A stretch of DNA of 64,000 nucleotides from the NCBI GenBank assembly GCA_963675745.2, contig CAXXWX010000015.1, forward strand, positions 288,001-352,000, written 5' to 3'. Under the pieces are notes generated by a model. It was not told the origin of the DNA and did no database searches. It saw only the letters and a program-made list of their open reading frames with translations. Positions 55,215 through 64,000 of this stretch are shown here, piece after piece; positions within the stretch are counted from its first letter, which is position 1, and every line of letters begins with the position of its first letter. A program made the position numbers and the translations under genes. This stretch comes from Phycisphaerae bacterium (lineage in GTDB: Bacteria; Planctomycetota; Phycisphaerae; UBA1845; Fen-1342).

Positions 55215-56549
55215 ATGGCAGTTGAGGCAACCAAAGGCACGATCGATCCGATCCTGCGAAAACCAGCCGTCACGTTTGGGATCATAATCGTCGGCGGCAT
55301 AGCGGCCGGCGTGGGCGGGTGGCTTATCACCTTGATCCCGTGGGCGCGCGACCTGCTGACCTGGCTGCTGGCCGATCCGTTCCTCTTTGCGCTGGTGCTG
55401 ATGGTCTCGGTGTTTGCGCTGATCATGACCGGAACCGCCGTCTGCATTCTCGCCGAGCGCAAGCTGGCGGCGTATATGCAGGACCGTCACGGCCCCAATC
55501 GCGTGGGCTATATCGGCATCTTTCAACCGGCCGCGGACGGGCTGAAGTTCATGTTGAAAGAGGACATTGTCCCCAAGAACGTCGACAAACCGCTCTTTCT
55601 TTTGGCGCCCGCGCTGGCGTTGACCGTGGCGCTGTCGACATTCCTGGTGATCCCGTGGATGGGGCAGTTCCGCTGGCCCTGGATGGCGGCCGACGCCGCC
55701 GTCGTCAGCGGCCAGGTGGTCAGCATCAATATCGGCTTCTTCTATATTCTGGCGGTCTCATCCATGGGCGTGTATGGCGTGGTGATGGCCGGCTATGCGA
55801 GCAACAACAAGTACTCGTTTTTGGGCGGCATGCGCGGCGCCGCCCAGATGCTCAGCTACGAGGTGCCGCTCGGCCTGGGCCTGCTGGTGATCCTGATGGC
55901 CACCGGTACGCTGCGCCTGGAAGAGATCGTCCAGCAACAGATCGCCGGGACCTGGAACGTCTTCCTCTACCCGATCCCGTTCCTGCTGGTGCTGACGGCG
56001 GTATTCGCCGAGACGAATCGCCTGCCGTTTGACCTGGCCGAAGGCGAACAGGAGCTGGTCGGCGGATTTCACACCGAATACAGCTCGATGAAATTCGCCA
56101 TGTTCTTCCTCGGCGAATATGCCCACCTGATGGTCGGCAGCGCGCTGCTGATCGCGCTGTTCTTCGGCGGATACGCACCCGTGCCGTTTTTGTCGCTGGG
56201 AACCAGCGCCGAGCCGGTGGGCTGGATGACCGCGCTCGTGCAATTCGGCATCTACTGGGCCAAGATATACCTCTTCGTCGGGTTCTTTATGCTGGTGCGC
56301 TGGACGATTCCGCGGTTTCGCTATGACCAACTGATGCGCATGGCCTGGCAAGGACTGATCCCAATCGGCGTGGTGATGGTCATCATCACCGGCGCGTTGA
56401 TGGCCATGGGGCTCGAACGAAACCTGTTCGCGTGCCTCGGGTCGAATATCGTCGCGGCGATCGCGCTGCTTATCGCCGCCGGCTGCAAACGAGACCCCGT
56501 GACCGGACGTCAGGCAAACATGCCCCAACTGGATGTGCGATTGGGGTAG
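55215..56549 (+). CDS. nuoH: NADH-quinone oxidoreductase subunit H
   Basis: ERK....QDR.GPNRVG, ADGLK, AETNRLPFDLAE and PRFRYDQLM. Confidence 0.96.
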   Translation: MAVEATKGTIDPILRKPAVTFGIIIVGGIAAGVGGWLITLIPWARDLLTWLLADPFLFALVLMVSVFALIMTGTAVCILAERKLAAYMQDRHGPNRVGYIGIFQPAADGLKFMLKEDIVPKNVDKPLFLLAPALALTVALSTFLVIPWMGQFRWPWMAADAAVVSGQVVSINIGFFYILAVSSMGVYGVVMAGYASNNKYSFLGGMRGAAQMLSYEVPLGLGLLVILMATGTLRLEEIVQQQIAGTWNVFLYPIPFLLVLTAVFAETNRLPFDLAEGEQELVGGFHTEYSSMKFAMFFLGEYAHLMVGSALLIALFFGGYAPVPFLSLGTSAEPVGWMTALVQFGIYWAKIYLFVGFFMLVRWTIPRFRYDQLMRMAWQGLIPIGVVMVIITGALMAMGLERNLFACLGSNIVAAIALLIAAGCKRDPVTGRQANMPQLDVRLG

Positions 56550-56629
56550 GAGAGAGGCCACGAGGCCACTGGGCCACTAGGCCACGAGGTTGGAAGAGAA
56601 ACAGAGAGTTACGCTGAGGTTTTGGCGCG

Positions 56630-57220
56630 ATGCGCGATGAAGATGTTGTAGTTGTTGATATCCCCGAGCTCTCCGCCGCTGAGCGGTTTTACCTCCCCCA
56701 GATTTTCGGGGGGTTCATCGTCACCCTGCGGCATCTGTTTTCACGCAAGTTGCGCGACGATCGTGTCGTCAAGTACCCCGACGCGCGACGCAAACTGCGC
56801 GTCGAGAATTACCGCGGCGTACACCGGTTGAACAAGGACCCGGACGGCCGCGTCGCTTGTGTGGCCTGCTTCATGTGTTCGACAGCCTGCCCGGCACACT
56901 GCATCCACATCGAGGCCGGCGAATCTCCCTGGCCCGATCGTGAGAAGTACCCGGTCAAGTTCGACATAGACGAGTTGCGTTGCATCTACTGCGGCATGTG
57001 CGAAGAGGCCTGCCCGGTGGACGCGATTGAGCTCACGCCTTTTCATGACCTCGTCAGCCAGACTCGTGAGGAAATGATCTACGACAAGGCGAAGCTCTTG
57101 CAGGTGTTTGACGAAACCGTGGAGATCAAGCCGCGGAAGAACCCCGCGGTGACCGACTATGGTTTGACGGGCGGCCAGAGCAAGGCCGTGGCCGAGCCGA
57201 CCGCGCGGTCCAAGATCTAG
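56630..57220 (+). CDS. nuoI: NADH-quinone oxidoreductase subunit I
   Basis: Two CxxCxxCxxxCP motifs. Confidence 0.96.
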   Translation: MRDEDVVVVDIPELSAAERFYLPQIFGGFIVTLRHLFSRKLRDDRVVKYPDARRKLRVENYRGVHRLNKDPDGRVACVACFMCSTACPAHCIHIEAGESPWPDREKYPVKFDIDELRCIYCGMCEEACPVDAIELTPFHDLVSQTREEMIYDKAKLLQVFDETVEIKPRKNPAVTDYGLTGGQSKAVAEPTARSKI

Positions 57221-57354
57221 CGACCACGGAGAAGTGGCGGTATAGTCCCGGTTCACTTTCGCCGCGGTTAAAATCGCCGTGGCCGTCATCCGTGGCCGTG
57301 CGTGCCGGGACGCCCGTCGCGGGTAGTTGTGAAAAACACGAACGAGCGAGGCGT

Positions 57355-58044
57355 ATGGGCTACCTGCTCCTGTTTCTGGCAGTCCTTGGTGGTTTTGGGC
57401 TCCTCCTGGCCATGCCGGGTGGGCTTCAAAACCTCAGGCTTTTGGGCTATGTGCTGCTGCTCGCGGCCGCCGTAACGGTTGTGCTGGTTCTGACGCAGCA
57501 GATGACCGCGGGCGGGCACGCGACGTGGTTTGTGGCCCTGGCTCTGATCGGCCTGTGGGGCGCGGTCCGCGTAATAACGCACACCAAGCCGGTCTACAGC
57601 GCGATGTACTTCCTGCTCGTCGTGATTGCGGCTGCCGGCTTGCTCCTGCTCGCTCAGGCGGAGTTCCTGGCGGCGGCACTGCTGATCATCTACGCCGGCG
57701 CCATTCTGGTCACATACGTGTTCGTCATCATGCTCGCACAGCACTCCGGCGGGCCGGCGCCATACGATCGCAAGGCACGCGAACCGTTCCTCGGTTGCCT
57801 GACCGGATTCGTATTGCTCGGCGTGATCGGGGCCCGGATGATCCTGGCCCAGCCGGCAGTCGAGACGGCCCCGGCCGGCATGTCGCCCGACGCCGTTGGA
57901 ACGGTCCAGCGCGTGGGCACACACCTGCTGACCACCTACATGATCGGAATCCAGATCACCGGTGTATTGCTGCTGGCCGCGATGGTAGGCGCCATCGCCA
58001 TCGCCCGTCGCCGCCCGTTGCCGGAAGAGGAGGTGGAGGTCTGA
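57355..58044 (+). CDS. nuoJ: NADH-quinone oxidoreductase subunit J (with N-terminal extension)
   Basis: PVYSA, AEFLA...IIYAGAI.V...FVIML and LLLAAMVGAI. Confidence 0.93.
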   Translation: MGYLLLFLAVLGGFGLLLAMPGGLQNLRLLGYVLLLAAAVTVVLVLTQQMTAGGHATWFVALALIGLWGAVRVITHTKPVYSAMYFLLVVIAAAGLLLLAQAEFLAAALLIIYAGAILVTYVFVIMLAQHSGGPAPYDRKAREPFLGCLTGFVLLGVIGARMILAQPAVETAPAGMSPDAVGTVQRVGTHLLTTYMIGIQITGVLLLAAMVGAIAIARRRPLPEEEVEV

Positions 58045-58358
58045 TGCTCTTGCCTTACCTGCTCGTGGGGGCGGCGTTCTTCGCGCTCGGCCTGATCGGC
58101 TTTCTAACCCGCCGCAATCTGATCATCATGTTCCTCTGCACCGAATTGATGGTGCAGGGCATCGTGGTGAACCTGATCGGCTTTGCACGCTTTCCGCTGG
58201 ACGGCGGCCCGCCCCAGTTCATCGGGCACGCCTTCGCACTGTTTCTGCTGGCGATAGCCGCGGCCGAAGCCGCGTTGGCGCTGGCGCTGGTGGTGTTGCT
58301 CTATCGTTACCAGGGTCTGCTCGACGCAGGCGTCTGGACGAATCTGAAGGATGACTGA
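58044..58358 (+). CDS. nuoK: NADH-quinone oxidoreductase subunit K
   Basis: RRNLI.MFL..ELM and AAAEAA. TGATG overlap with nuoJ. Confidence 0.94.
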   Translation: MLLPYLLVGAAFFALGLIGFLTRRNLIIMFLCTELMVQGIVVNLIGFARFPLDGGPPQFIGHAFALFLLAIAAAEAALALALVVLLYRYQGLLDAGVWTNLKDD

Positions 58359-58360
58359 CG

Positions 58361-60511
58361 TTGCCCGCTGAGATTCCCGCCTGGCTGGAGACGCTCGTCG
58401 CCACAATTCCGGCGTGGCCGCTGTTGGCCACTCTCGGGATCGGGTTGATTCTCGCGCTCGGCAAGGGAATCAACCATGCCCATAAGCTGACCGTGGTCGG
58501 CGTCGGCATCACCGCCGCCATCGCGATCGCGCTTTTCTGCCAGATGGGGACGACGCTGCCGGCGGCTACTGAAAGCGCCGGCCATGACACGCACGCGGCG
58601 TCCGCATCGATCACGCCCGAGGCGCACGATTCCCACGAGGACGCGCTTCACGCCGAGCCGACGGGCGAACCGCACGCCGAATCCCCCCTGCACATGATCA
58701 CGATCATGCGCTGGATCAGTCTCGGACAAGCCCATGCGGACGCGGGCCAGTGGATCGAGATCAACTTCGCCATCGACGGCCTCACGTCGGTGATGCTTGT
58801 TTTCGTCTGCTTCGTGTCGCTGATGGTGATCATCTACGCCGTCGGCTACATGAAAGATCATCACGGGAATCCGGAAGCGGGCTATCAGCGGTTTTTCGCG
58901 TTCCTCGGCCTTTTCGTATTCTCGATGTGCATGCTGGTGATGGCGGGGAATTTCGTGCTGCTGTACCTGGGCTGGGAAGCGGTCGGCCTGTGCAGCTACC
59001 TGCTGATCGGCTTCTACTTCCGCCGTCCGTCAGCCGCCGCCGCCGCCAAGAAGGCCTTCATCGTCAACCGCATCGGTGACTTCGGCTTCGCGCTGGGGAT
59101 CTTCTCGATTTACTACGTGCTGAAGGACCACGTCCAGCCGGGCGAGAATCCGCTCGACTACGCCGTCGTGTTCAAGTACATCGGCCACATTGCGCACGCG
59201 ACCATCTTCGGCTACAACGCGGCCACGGTGATCTCGCTGTTGCTGTTCTGCGGCGCGATCGGCAAGAGCGCCCAGTTCCCGCTGTACGTCTGGTTGCCCG
59301 ACGCCATGGAAGGCCCGACGCCGGTCTCCGCTCTGATCCACGCGGCGACGATGGTGACGGCGGGCGTGTACATGGTTGCCCGCTGTGGCCCGCTGTTCGC
59401 CGCCGCCGACCCGATCGTGCTCGACGTTGTGCTGATCGTCGGCGTCATCGGCGCCGTGCTGGCCGCGACGATGGCCATGGCCCAGTACGACATGAAGCGC
59501 ATCCTGGCGTATTCGACCATCAGCCAGCTCGCCTACATGTTTGTCGCCCTGGGCTGCCACGCGCCGGCCTCCGGCGTGTTCCACGTGTTTACCCACGCGT
59601 TCTTCAAGGCCCTGCTGTTCCTCACGGCCGGCAGCGTCATGCACGCGATGGGCGGCGTAATCGACCTGCGGCACTTCAGCGGCCTGAAACGCACGCTGCC
59701 GACGACGTACAAGCAGATGTTGATCGGCTGCCTGGCGCTGGCGGGCTTCCCGCTGTTGGCCGGCTTCTGGAGCAAGGACGAGATCGTCCACGCCGCCATG
59801 CTGCGCAACCCGGTCGTCGGCTGGATCATGATCGCCACCGCCGGCCTGACCGCGTATTACACGTTCCGCATGTTCTTCCTGTGCTTCAACGGATCACGGC
59901 GTCTGCCGCCCGAGGCGGGTGAGCATCCGCACGAGATGCCCGCCATCATGACCGGCCCGCTGTGGATCCTCGCGTTTGGAGCCGTCTTTATTGGTTACCT
60001 CGGCGTCACGCCCGCTGCCGGCACATCGTCGTTCCTCGGATTCCTGCAGCCCGGCGGCGTGTTCCATCGGTTCCTGGAGCCAGTCAACAGCACGGTGATC
60101 AGCGGCGCGCACCACGGCGGCGGCATCTGGGTCGCCTATGTTTCGGCCGCCGTCGCACTGCTCGGCATCGGTCTGGCCTATGTCCGTTACGGCACGGCCC
60201 CGCGGGAAGATCCCGACGCCAAGGCGCTGGGGCCGGTGTTCAACGTCTTCTATCACAAGTACTGGGTCGACGAGTTGTATGACGCCGTCTTTGTCAGCCC
60301 GCTGCGCCGCCTCGGCCGGCTCTGCTTCGGCTGCGATAACAACCTCGTCGATGGCCTGGTCTGGTTTGTATCCGCCGTTCCGCGCGGGCTGGGCTTTCTT
60401 ATCAGTTTGCTGCAGCGCGGAGCCCTGCAAACGTACGCGATGGGCATGGCTGTCGGCATGGTCGTGCTATTGGTCCTGTGGCGCTGGATGCAGTCGCCAA
60501 TCGGTGGTTAG
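58361..60511 (+). CDS. nuoL: NADH-quinone oxidoreductase subunit L
   Basis: GWEAVGLCSYLLIGF, GKSAQFPLYVWLPDAMEGPTPVSALIHAATMV and HAFFKA. Confidence 0.97.
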   Translation: MPAEIPAWLETLVATIPAWPLLATLGIGLILALGKGINHAHKLTVVGVGITAAIAIALFCQMGTTLPAATESAGHDTHAASASITPEAHDSHEDALHAEPTGEPHAESPLHMITIMRWISLGQAHADAGQWIEINFAIDGLTSVMLVFVCFVSLMVIIYAVGYMKDHHGNPEAGYQRFFAFLGLFVFSMCMLVMAGNFVLLYLGWEAVGLCSYLLIGFYFRRPSAAAAAKKAFIVNRIGDFGFALGIFSIYYVLKDHVQPGENPLDYAVVFKYIGHIAHATIFGYNAATVISLLLFCGAIGKSAQFPLYVWLPDAMEGPTPVSALIHAATMVTAGVYMVARCGPLFAAADPIVLDVVLIVGVIGAVLAATMAMAQYDMKRILAYSTISQLAYMFVALGCHAPASGVFHVFTHAFFKALLFLTAGSVMHAMGGVIDLRHFSGLKRTLPTTYKQMLIGCLALAGFPLLAGFWSKDEIVHAAMLRNPVVGWIMIATAGLTAYYTFRMFFLCFNGSRRLPPEAGEHPHEMPAIMTGPLWILAFGAVFIGYLGVTPAAGTSSFLGFLQPGGVFHRFLEPVNSTVISGAHHGGGIWVAYVSAAVALLGIGLAYVRYGTAPREDPDAKALGPVFNVFYHKYWVDELYDAVFVSPLRRLGRLCFGCDNNLVDGLVWFVSAVPRGLGFLISLLQRGALQTYAMGMAVGMVVLLVLWRWMQSPIGG

Positions 60512-60529
60512 GGTGAAACGACAGGCACT

Positions 60530-62221
60530 ATGGGCGAACTGGCTCTGAATCTGCTGATCTTCCTGCCGCTGGTGGCAGCGGTGGTCATCTGGGTGTTGCC
60601 CGAGCACCGCAGCGCGCTGGCCCCCCGGATTGCCCTGCTGACCGGCATTGTCGTCCTGGCCCTGTCGCTCGGGCTGTGGCTGAACGTGGACGGCACGCAC
60701 CTGACGGCCGAGTGCAAGTACGACTGGATCAACGTGGGCGATTGGGTGATCGACCGCGACGCCGGCGACCAGCCAACCATGATCAGCGGGCTGATCATCC
60801 GGTATCACATCGCCCTCGACGCCATCAGCGCGCCGCTGGTGCTGCTGACCGGGCTGCTGGTCCCGATCTCGGTCGCGTGCGGCTTTACCGCGATCAAGAA
60901 ACGCCAGCGCGAGTATTACGCCTGGCTGATGGGCCTGACCTTCGCGATGTTCGGCGTGTTTGCCGCGCGCGACGTGGTCCTGTTCTACATCTTCTTCGAG
61001 CTGACCCTGGTGCCGCTGTACTTCCTGATCGGCATCTGGGGCGGCCCAGACCGGCGTTACGCGGCCAACAAGTTCTTCATCTACACCTTCGTCGGCAGCG
61101 TGATTACTTTCGCCGGCATTCTCTACCTGGGCGTGCGCGCCGCGCAGTTGTCCGGCGCCACGGCGGTCACCTTTGATCTCGCGTCACTGTCCGCGTTGCA
61201 CGGGCTCAGCTTCGATGAGCAGAAGTGGTTGTTTGTCGCATTCTTCTGCGGCTTCGCGATCAAAGTGCCCTTCTTCCCGCTTCACACGTGGCTGCCGCTG
61301 GCCCACACCGAGGCCCCCACCGCCGGCAGCGTGCTATTGGCCGGCGTGCTGCTCAAGCTGGGCACCTACGGCTTCCTGCGGTTCGCCCTGCCGATGGTCC
61401 CCGAAGGCGCGTTGTTCTGGACCGGGATCATGGGCGCGCTGGCGCTGGCCGGCATCATCTACGGCGCTCTGTGTTGCTGGGTGCAGACCGACGTCAAGAA
61501 ACTGGTGGCGTACTCATCCGTGTCACACCTGGGCTTCTGCATGCTCGGCATGTTCAGCCTGCTGCCCGTCGGCGTGAGCGGTTCGGTGCTGTACATGGTC
61601 AACCACGGGTTGAGCACCGGGGCGCTGTTCCTTGTGGTCGGCATGGTCTATGAACGCTACCACACGCGCGACATGAACAAGATCGGCGGGCTGGCCTGGC
61701 AGATGCCGGCGATGGCCTTCTTCCTGGTGCTCTTCACGCTATCGAGCATCGGCCTGCCCGGCCTGAACGGTTTTGTCAGCGAGTTCACCGTCTTGCTCGC
61801 CGCGTATAACTCCGAGCATCTCGGCCCGGCCTTTGGAATCATCGGCGCGACCGGCATCCTGCTGGGTGCCGTCTACATGCTGTACATGTGCGGCAAGGTG
61901 CTCTTCGGCCCGGTCAACGAGCCCCGTAATACACCCGATCTCTCAGCCGGCCTGAGCCGCGACCTGAACCGCCGTGAGGTCATCATCCTGCTGCCCCTGG
62001 CGATTCTGGTGGTCGTGCTCGGCGTCGCGCCGTGGCTCGTCACCGACACGCTGGACCCCATCATCCAGGACCAGATTCTGATTCGCTTTGAAGGCTCAAC
62101 GCTGGCCGACGGGCATCACGCTCCCGAAGCGGTTGCCGATGCCGGTGGGCTGGCGCTCGTCGCGCCCGATCCTTGGTCGATGGCGGCCGACGTGCCACGC
62201 GACCACGTGGGAGGCTACTAG
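60530..62221 (+). CDS. nuoM: NADH-quinone oxidoreductase subunit M
   Basis: FYIFFE, IKVPFFPLHTWLP.AH.EAPT and AYSSVSH. Confidence 0.97.
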   Translation: MGELALNLLIFLPLVAAVVIWVLPEHRSALAPRIALLTGIVVLALSLGLWLNVDGTHLTAECKYDWINVGDWVIDRDAGDQPTMISGLIIRYHIALDAISAPLVLLTGLLVPISVACGFTAIKKRQREYYAWLMGLTFAMFGVFAARDVVLFYIFFELTLVPLYFLIGIWGGPDRRYAANKFFIYTFVGSVITFAGILYLGVRAAQLSGATAVTFDLASLSALHGLSFDEQKWLFVAFFCGFAIKVPFFPLHTWLPLAHTEAPTAGSVLLAGVLLKLGTYGFLRFALPMVPEGALFWTGIMGALALAGIIYGALCCWVQTDVKKLVAYSSVSHLGFCMLGMFSLLPVGVSGSVLYMVNHGLSTGALFLVVGMVYERYHTRDMNKIGGLAWQMPAMAFFLVLFTLSSIGLPGLNGFVSEFTVLLAAYNSEHLGPAFGIIGATGILLGAVYMLYMCGKVLFGPVNEPRNTPDLSAGLSRDLNRREVIILLPLAILVVVLGVAPWLVTDTLDPIIQDQILIRFEGSTLADGHHAPEAVADAGGLALVAPDPWSMAADVPRDHVGGY

Positions 62222-62223
62222 TC

Positions 62224-63828
62224 GTGGAGCCCCTGTACAACTCAATCAGGCTGAGCACGCTGTTGCCGGAGATCATCCTGGTGGTCGCCGGCTGCGCCGT
62301 GCTGCTCGTCTCTCAGGCCCAGCGCGACGCGTTGCGGCGTGCGGCGAACTGGGTCGCGCTCTTGGCGATTCTCGTCGCGGCGCTGCTGATCTGGGCCGCG
62401 CCATCGGTGGTCGGCAGCACCGGTATCACCACCGGCAGCGGCCTGGTCTATGACCCGTTGGCCGGCTATGTCCGCATCAGCACCCTGATCCTCGGTTTCC
62501 TCATCGCGCTGGTCAACTGGTCCCAGGCACGCGATTCGGAACGCGGCGAATTCCTCTCGATGATGCTGTTCTCGCTGGCCGGGCTCTTGCTGGTCGGAGC
62601 CGCCGACGATCTGGTTACGCTCTTCCTCGCGCTGGAGCTGGTGAGTATCCCCACCTACATCATGGTCGCCCTCAGCCGCACCAGACGCGTCGCGCTCGAG
62701 GCTGCGACCAAGTACTTCTATCTCGGCGCGCTCTCGGCCGCGATCATGGCGTACGGATTCACCTTTCTGTACGGCGTCTCGGGTACAACCGAGATTTCCG
62801 GCTCGATCGCGGCGGTGTCCGACGCCCTCACGATGCCCGGCACTTTGCCCCACGCGCTGGCGTCCCTGGGTCTGCTACTCGCGTTCGGCGGCCTGCTCTT
62901 CAAGATTGCCGCGGTGCCAATGCACTTTTACATCGCCGACGTTTACCAGGGCGCCGCAAGTTCGGTGGCGGGGCTGCTCGGATTTGTGCCCAAGCTCGCC
63001 GGGATCGTGGCGATTTTCCGATTGATGACCCTCGCCGAGTGGCAGACGCTCCACGGAGGACTGTTCTGGCTGCTGTGGATCGTGGCCGCCGTCACCATGA
63101 CCGTCGGCAACATGCTCGCGCTTCAGCAGACGAACATCAAACGCATGCTGGCGTATTCCGGCATCGCCCATTCGGGTTACATGCTCGTCGGGATTCTCGC
63201 CGGTCCGGTTGGTGCGCGTGGCGCGCTGCTGGGCGACGGTGCCGCCGCCGTGCTCTATTACGTGGTGATCTACGGCATTGCCAACCTGGGCGCATTCGCG
63301 GTGCTGGCCCTGTTGCGTGTTCGCGGCGGAGCCTGCGAGACACTTCGCGACGTTGCCGGGCTGTTGCGCCGCAACCCGGCGCTGGCTCTGCTGCTGGCCC
63401 TGGCGATGTTCACCTTGATGGGCCTGCCGCCCACGCCCGGCTTCTGGGGCAAGTTGAGCATCTTCGGCAGCGCTCTGGCCGCCGCCAAGACGGCCGGCGG
63501 CGCGTACGAAAGCTGGCTCATCGCCCTGGTTGTGATTGGCGTGCTGAACTCCGCGATGGCCGCCGCGTACTATCTGCGGGTCATCGCCGCTGTTCTGCTC
63601 TACGAAAACGAGGAGCCCGCCAGCGCCGTCTCGCGCGATGCGGTACAGATGGGCGCGCTGCTCTGCGGTTTGATGCTGTTGATTTTCACGTTCAGGCCGG
63701 CGGATCTGTTGAACCGCGGGCGTGATGCCACCTTCGCGCTGCGCAACAGCGTCGCCCCATCACAGAGCCGCGTTGACCACTCGGCCCCCGCAGTGGCAAT
63801 CATCGAGCCCGCCGACCCCTCGGAATAA
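62224..63828 (+). CDS. nuoN: NADH-quinone oxidoreductase subunit N
   Basis: EAATKYF, FKIAAVPMH...DVYQG and KRMLAYSGIAH. Confidence 0.96.
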   Translation: MEPLYNSIRLSTLLPEIILVVAGCAVLLVSQAQRDALRRAANWVALLAILVAALLIWAAPSVVGSTGITTGSGLVYDPLAGYVRISTLILGFLIALVNWSQARDSERGEFLSMMLFSLAGLLLVGAADDLVTLFLALELVSIPTYIMVALSRTRRVALEAATKYFYLGALSAAIMAYGFTFLYGVSGTTEISGSIAAVSDALTMPGTLPHALASLGLLLAFGGLLFKIAAVPMHFYIADVYQGAASSVAGLLGFVPKLAGIVAIFRLMTLAEWQTLHGGLFWLLWIVAAVTMTVGNMLALQQTNIKRMLAYSGIAHSGYMLVGILAGPVGARGALLGDGAAAVLYYVVIYGIANLGAFAVLALLRVRGGACETLRDVAGLLRRNPALALLLALAMFTLMGLPPTPGFWGKLSIFGSALAAAKTAGGAYESWLIALVVIGVLNSAMAAAYYLRVIAAVLLYENEEPASAVSRDAVQMGALLCGLMLLIFTFRPADLLNRGRDATFALRNSVAPSQSRVDHSAPAVAIIEPADPSE

Positions 63829-63846
63829 GACAACGCAAAGAACGCC

Positions 63847-63999
63847 CTACTTCTGCATTCTTCTTTCCGCATTCTGCATTCTGAGCTCCCCCAGCCCTCC
63901 TGCTAAACGCTCGCACACCAGCGGCGGGGCCACGTTGCGATCCAGCATCTGCTCAGCCTCGGCCACGCCCTGAATGGCCGCCTCACACACGCTGGAAGT
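63847..63999 (-). CDS. C-terminal fragment of a gene entering from the right edge, possibly DNA polymerase III delta'
   Basis: Open frame TSSVCEAAIQGVAEAEQMLDRNVAPPLVCERLAGGLGELRMQNAERRMQK*. The 'AE..LDRNV...L..E.L' pattern resembles HolB C-termini, but only 50 codons are visible. Confidence 0.4.
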   Translation of the reverse strand, partial: TSSVCEAAIQGVAEAEQMLDRNVAPPLVCERLAGGLGELRMQNAERRMQK

Positions 64000-64000
64000 C

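Noticed and set aside
56555..56590. GAGGCCAC-like octamer repeats between nuoH and nuoI
   Set aside because: Short and degenerate, with no evidence of function beyond the general intergenic repeat tendency already reported.

Overview
A GC-rich bacterial chromosomal segment, most likely from a Phycisphaerae-type planctomycete. This is inferred from dockerin-like C-termini, a PEP-CTERM-like protein, CxxCG[YH]DLRG zinc-ribbon membrane proteins and a short NuoG. Most of the window is housekeeping: ppa, leuS, etfB-etfA-acyl-CoA dehydrogenase, fabI, serS, ada, fbaB, sucD, proS and a complete nuoA-N complex I operon (48.4-63.8 kb). Accessory content: the start of an IS4-like element at the left edge, a stand-alone HEPN (AbiU2-like) gene, an aminotransferase/deaminase/arylsulfotransferase/Thr-type sulfatase run, and a tandem array of four divergent 4-TM zinc-ribbon paralogs followed by an M16 peptidase homolog lacking its catalytic motif. 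There is also a SpoIID/SGNH/GNAT/GT2 cluster suggestive of peptidoglycan remodelling. Intergenic DNA is highly structured: an internally deleted IS200-like/RAYT tnpA relic, a tnpA-free copy of its arms 24 kb away, at least three other REP-like palindrome families, and heptamer tandem repeats at gene 3' ends. No rRNA, tRNA or CRISPR array was seen. All assignments come from motif recognition by eye; no database searches were run.
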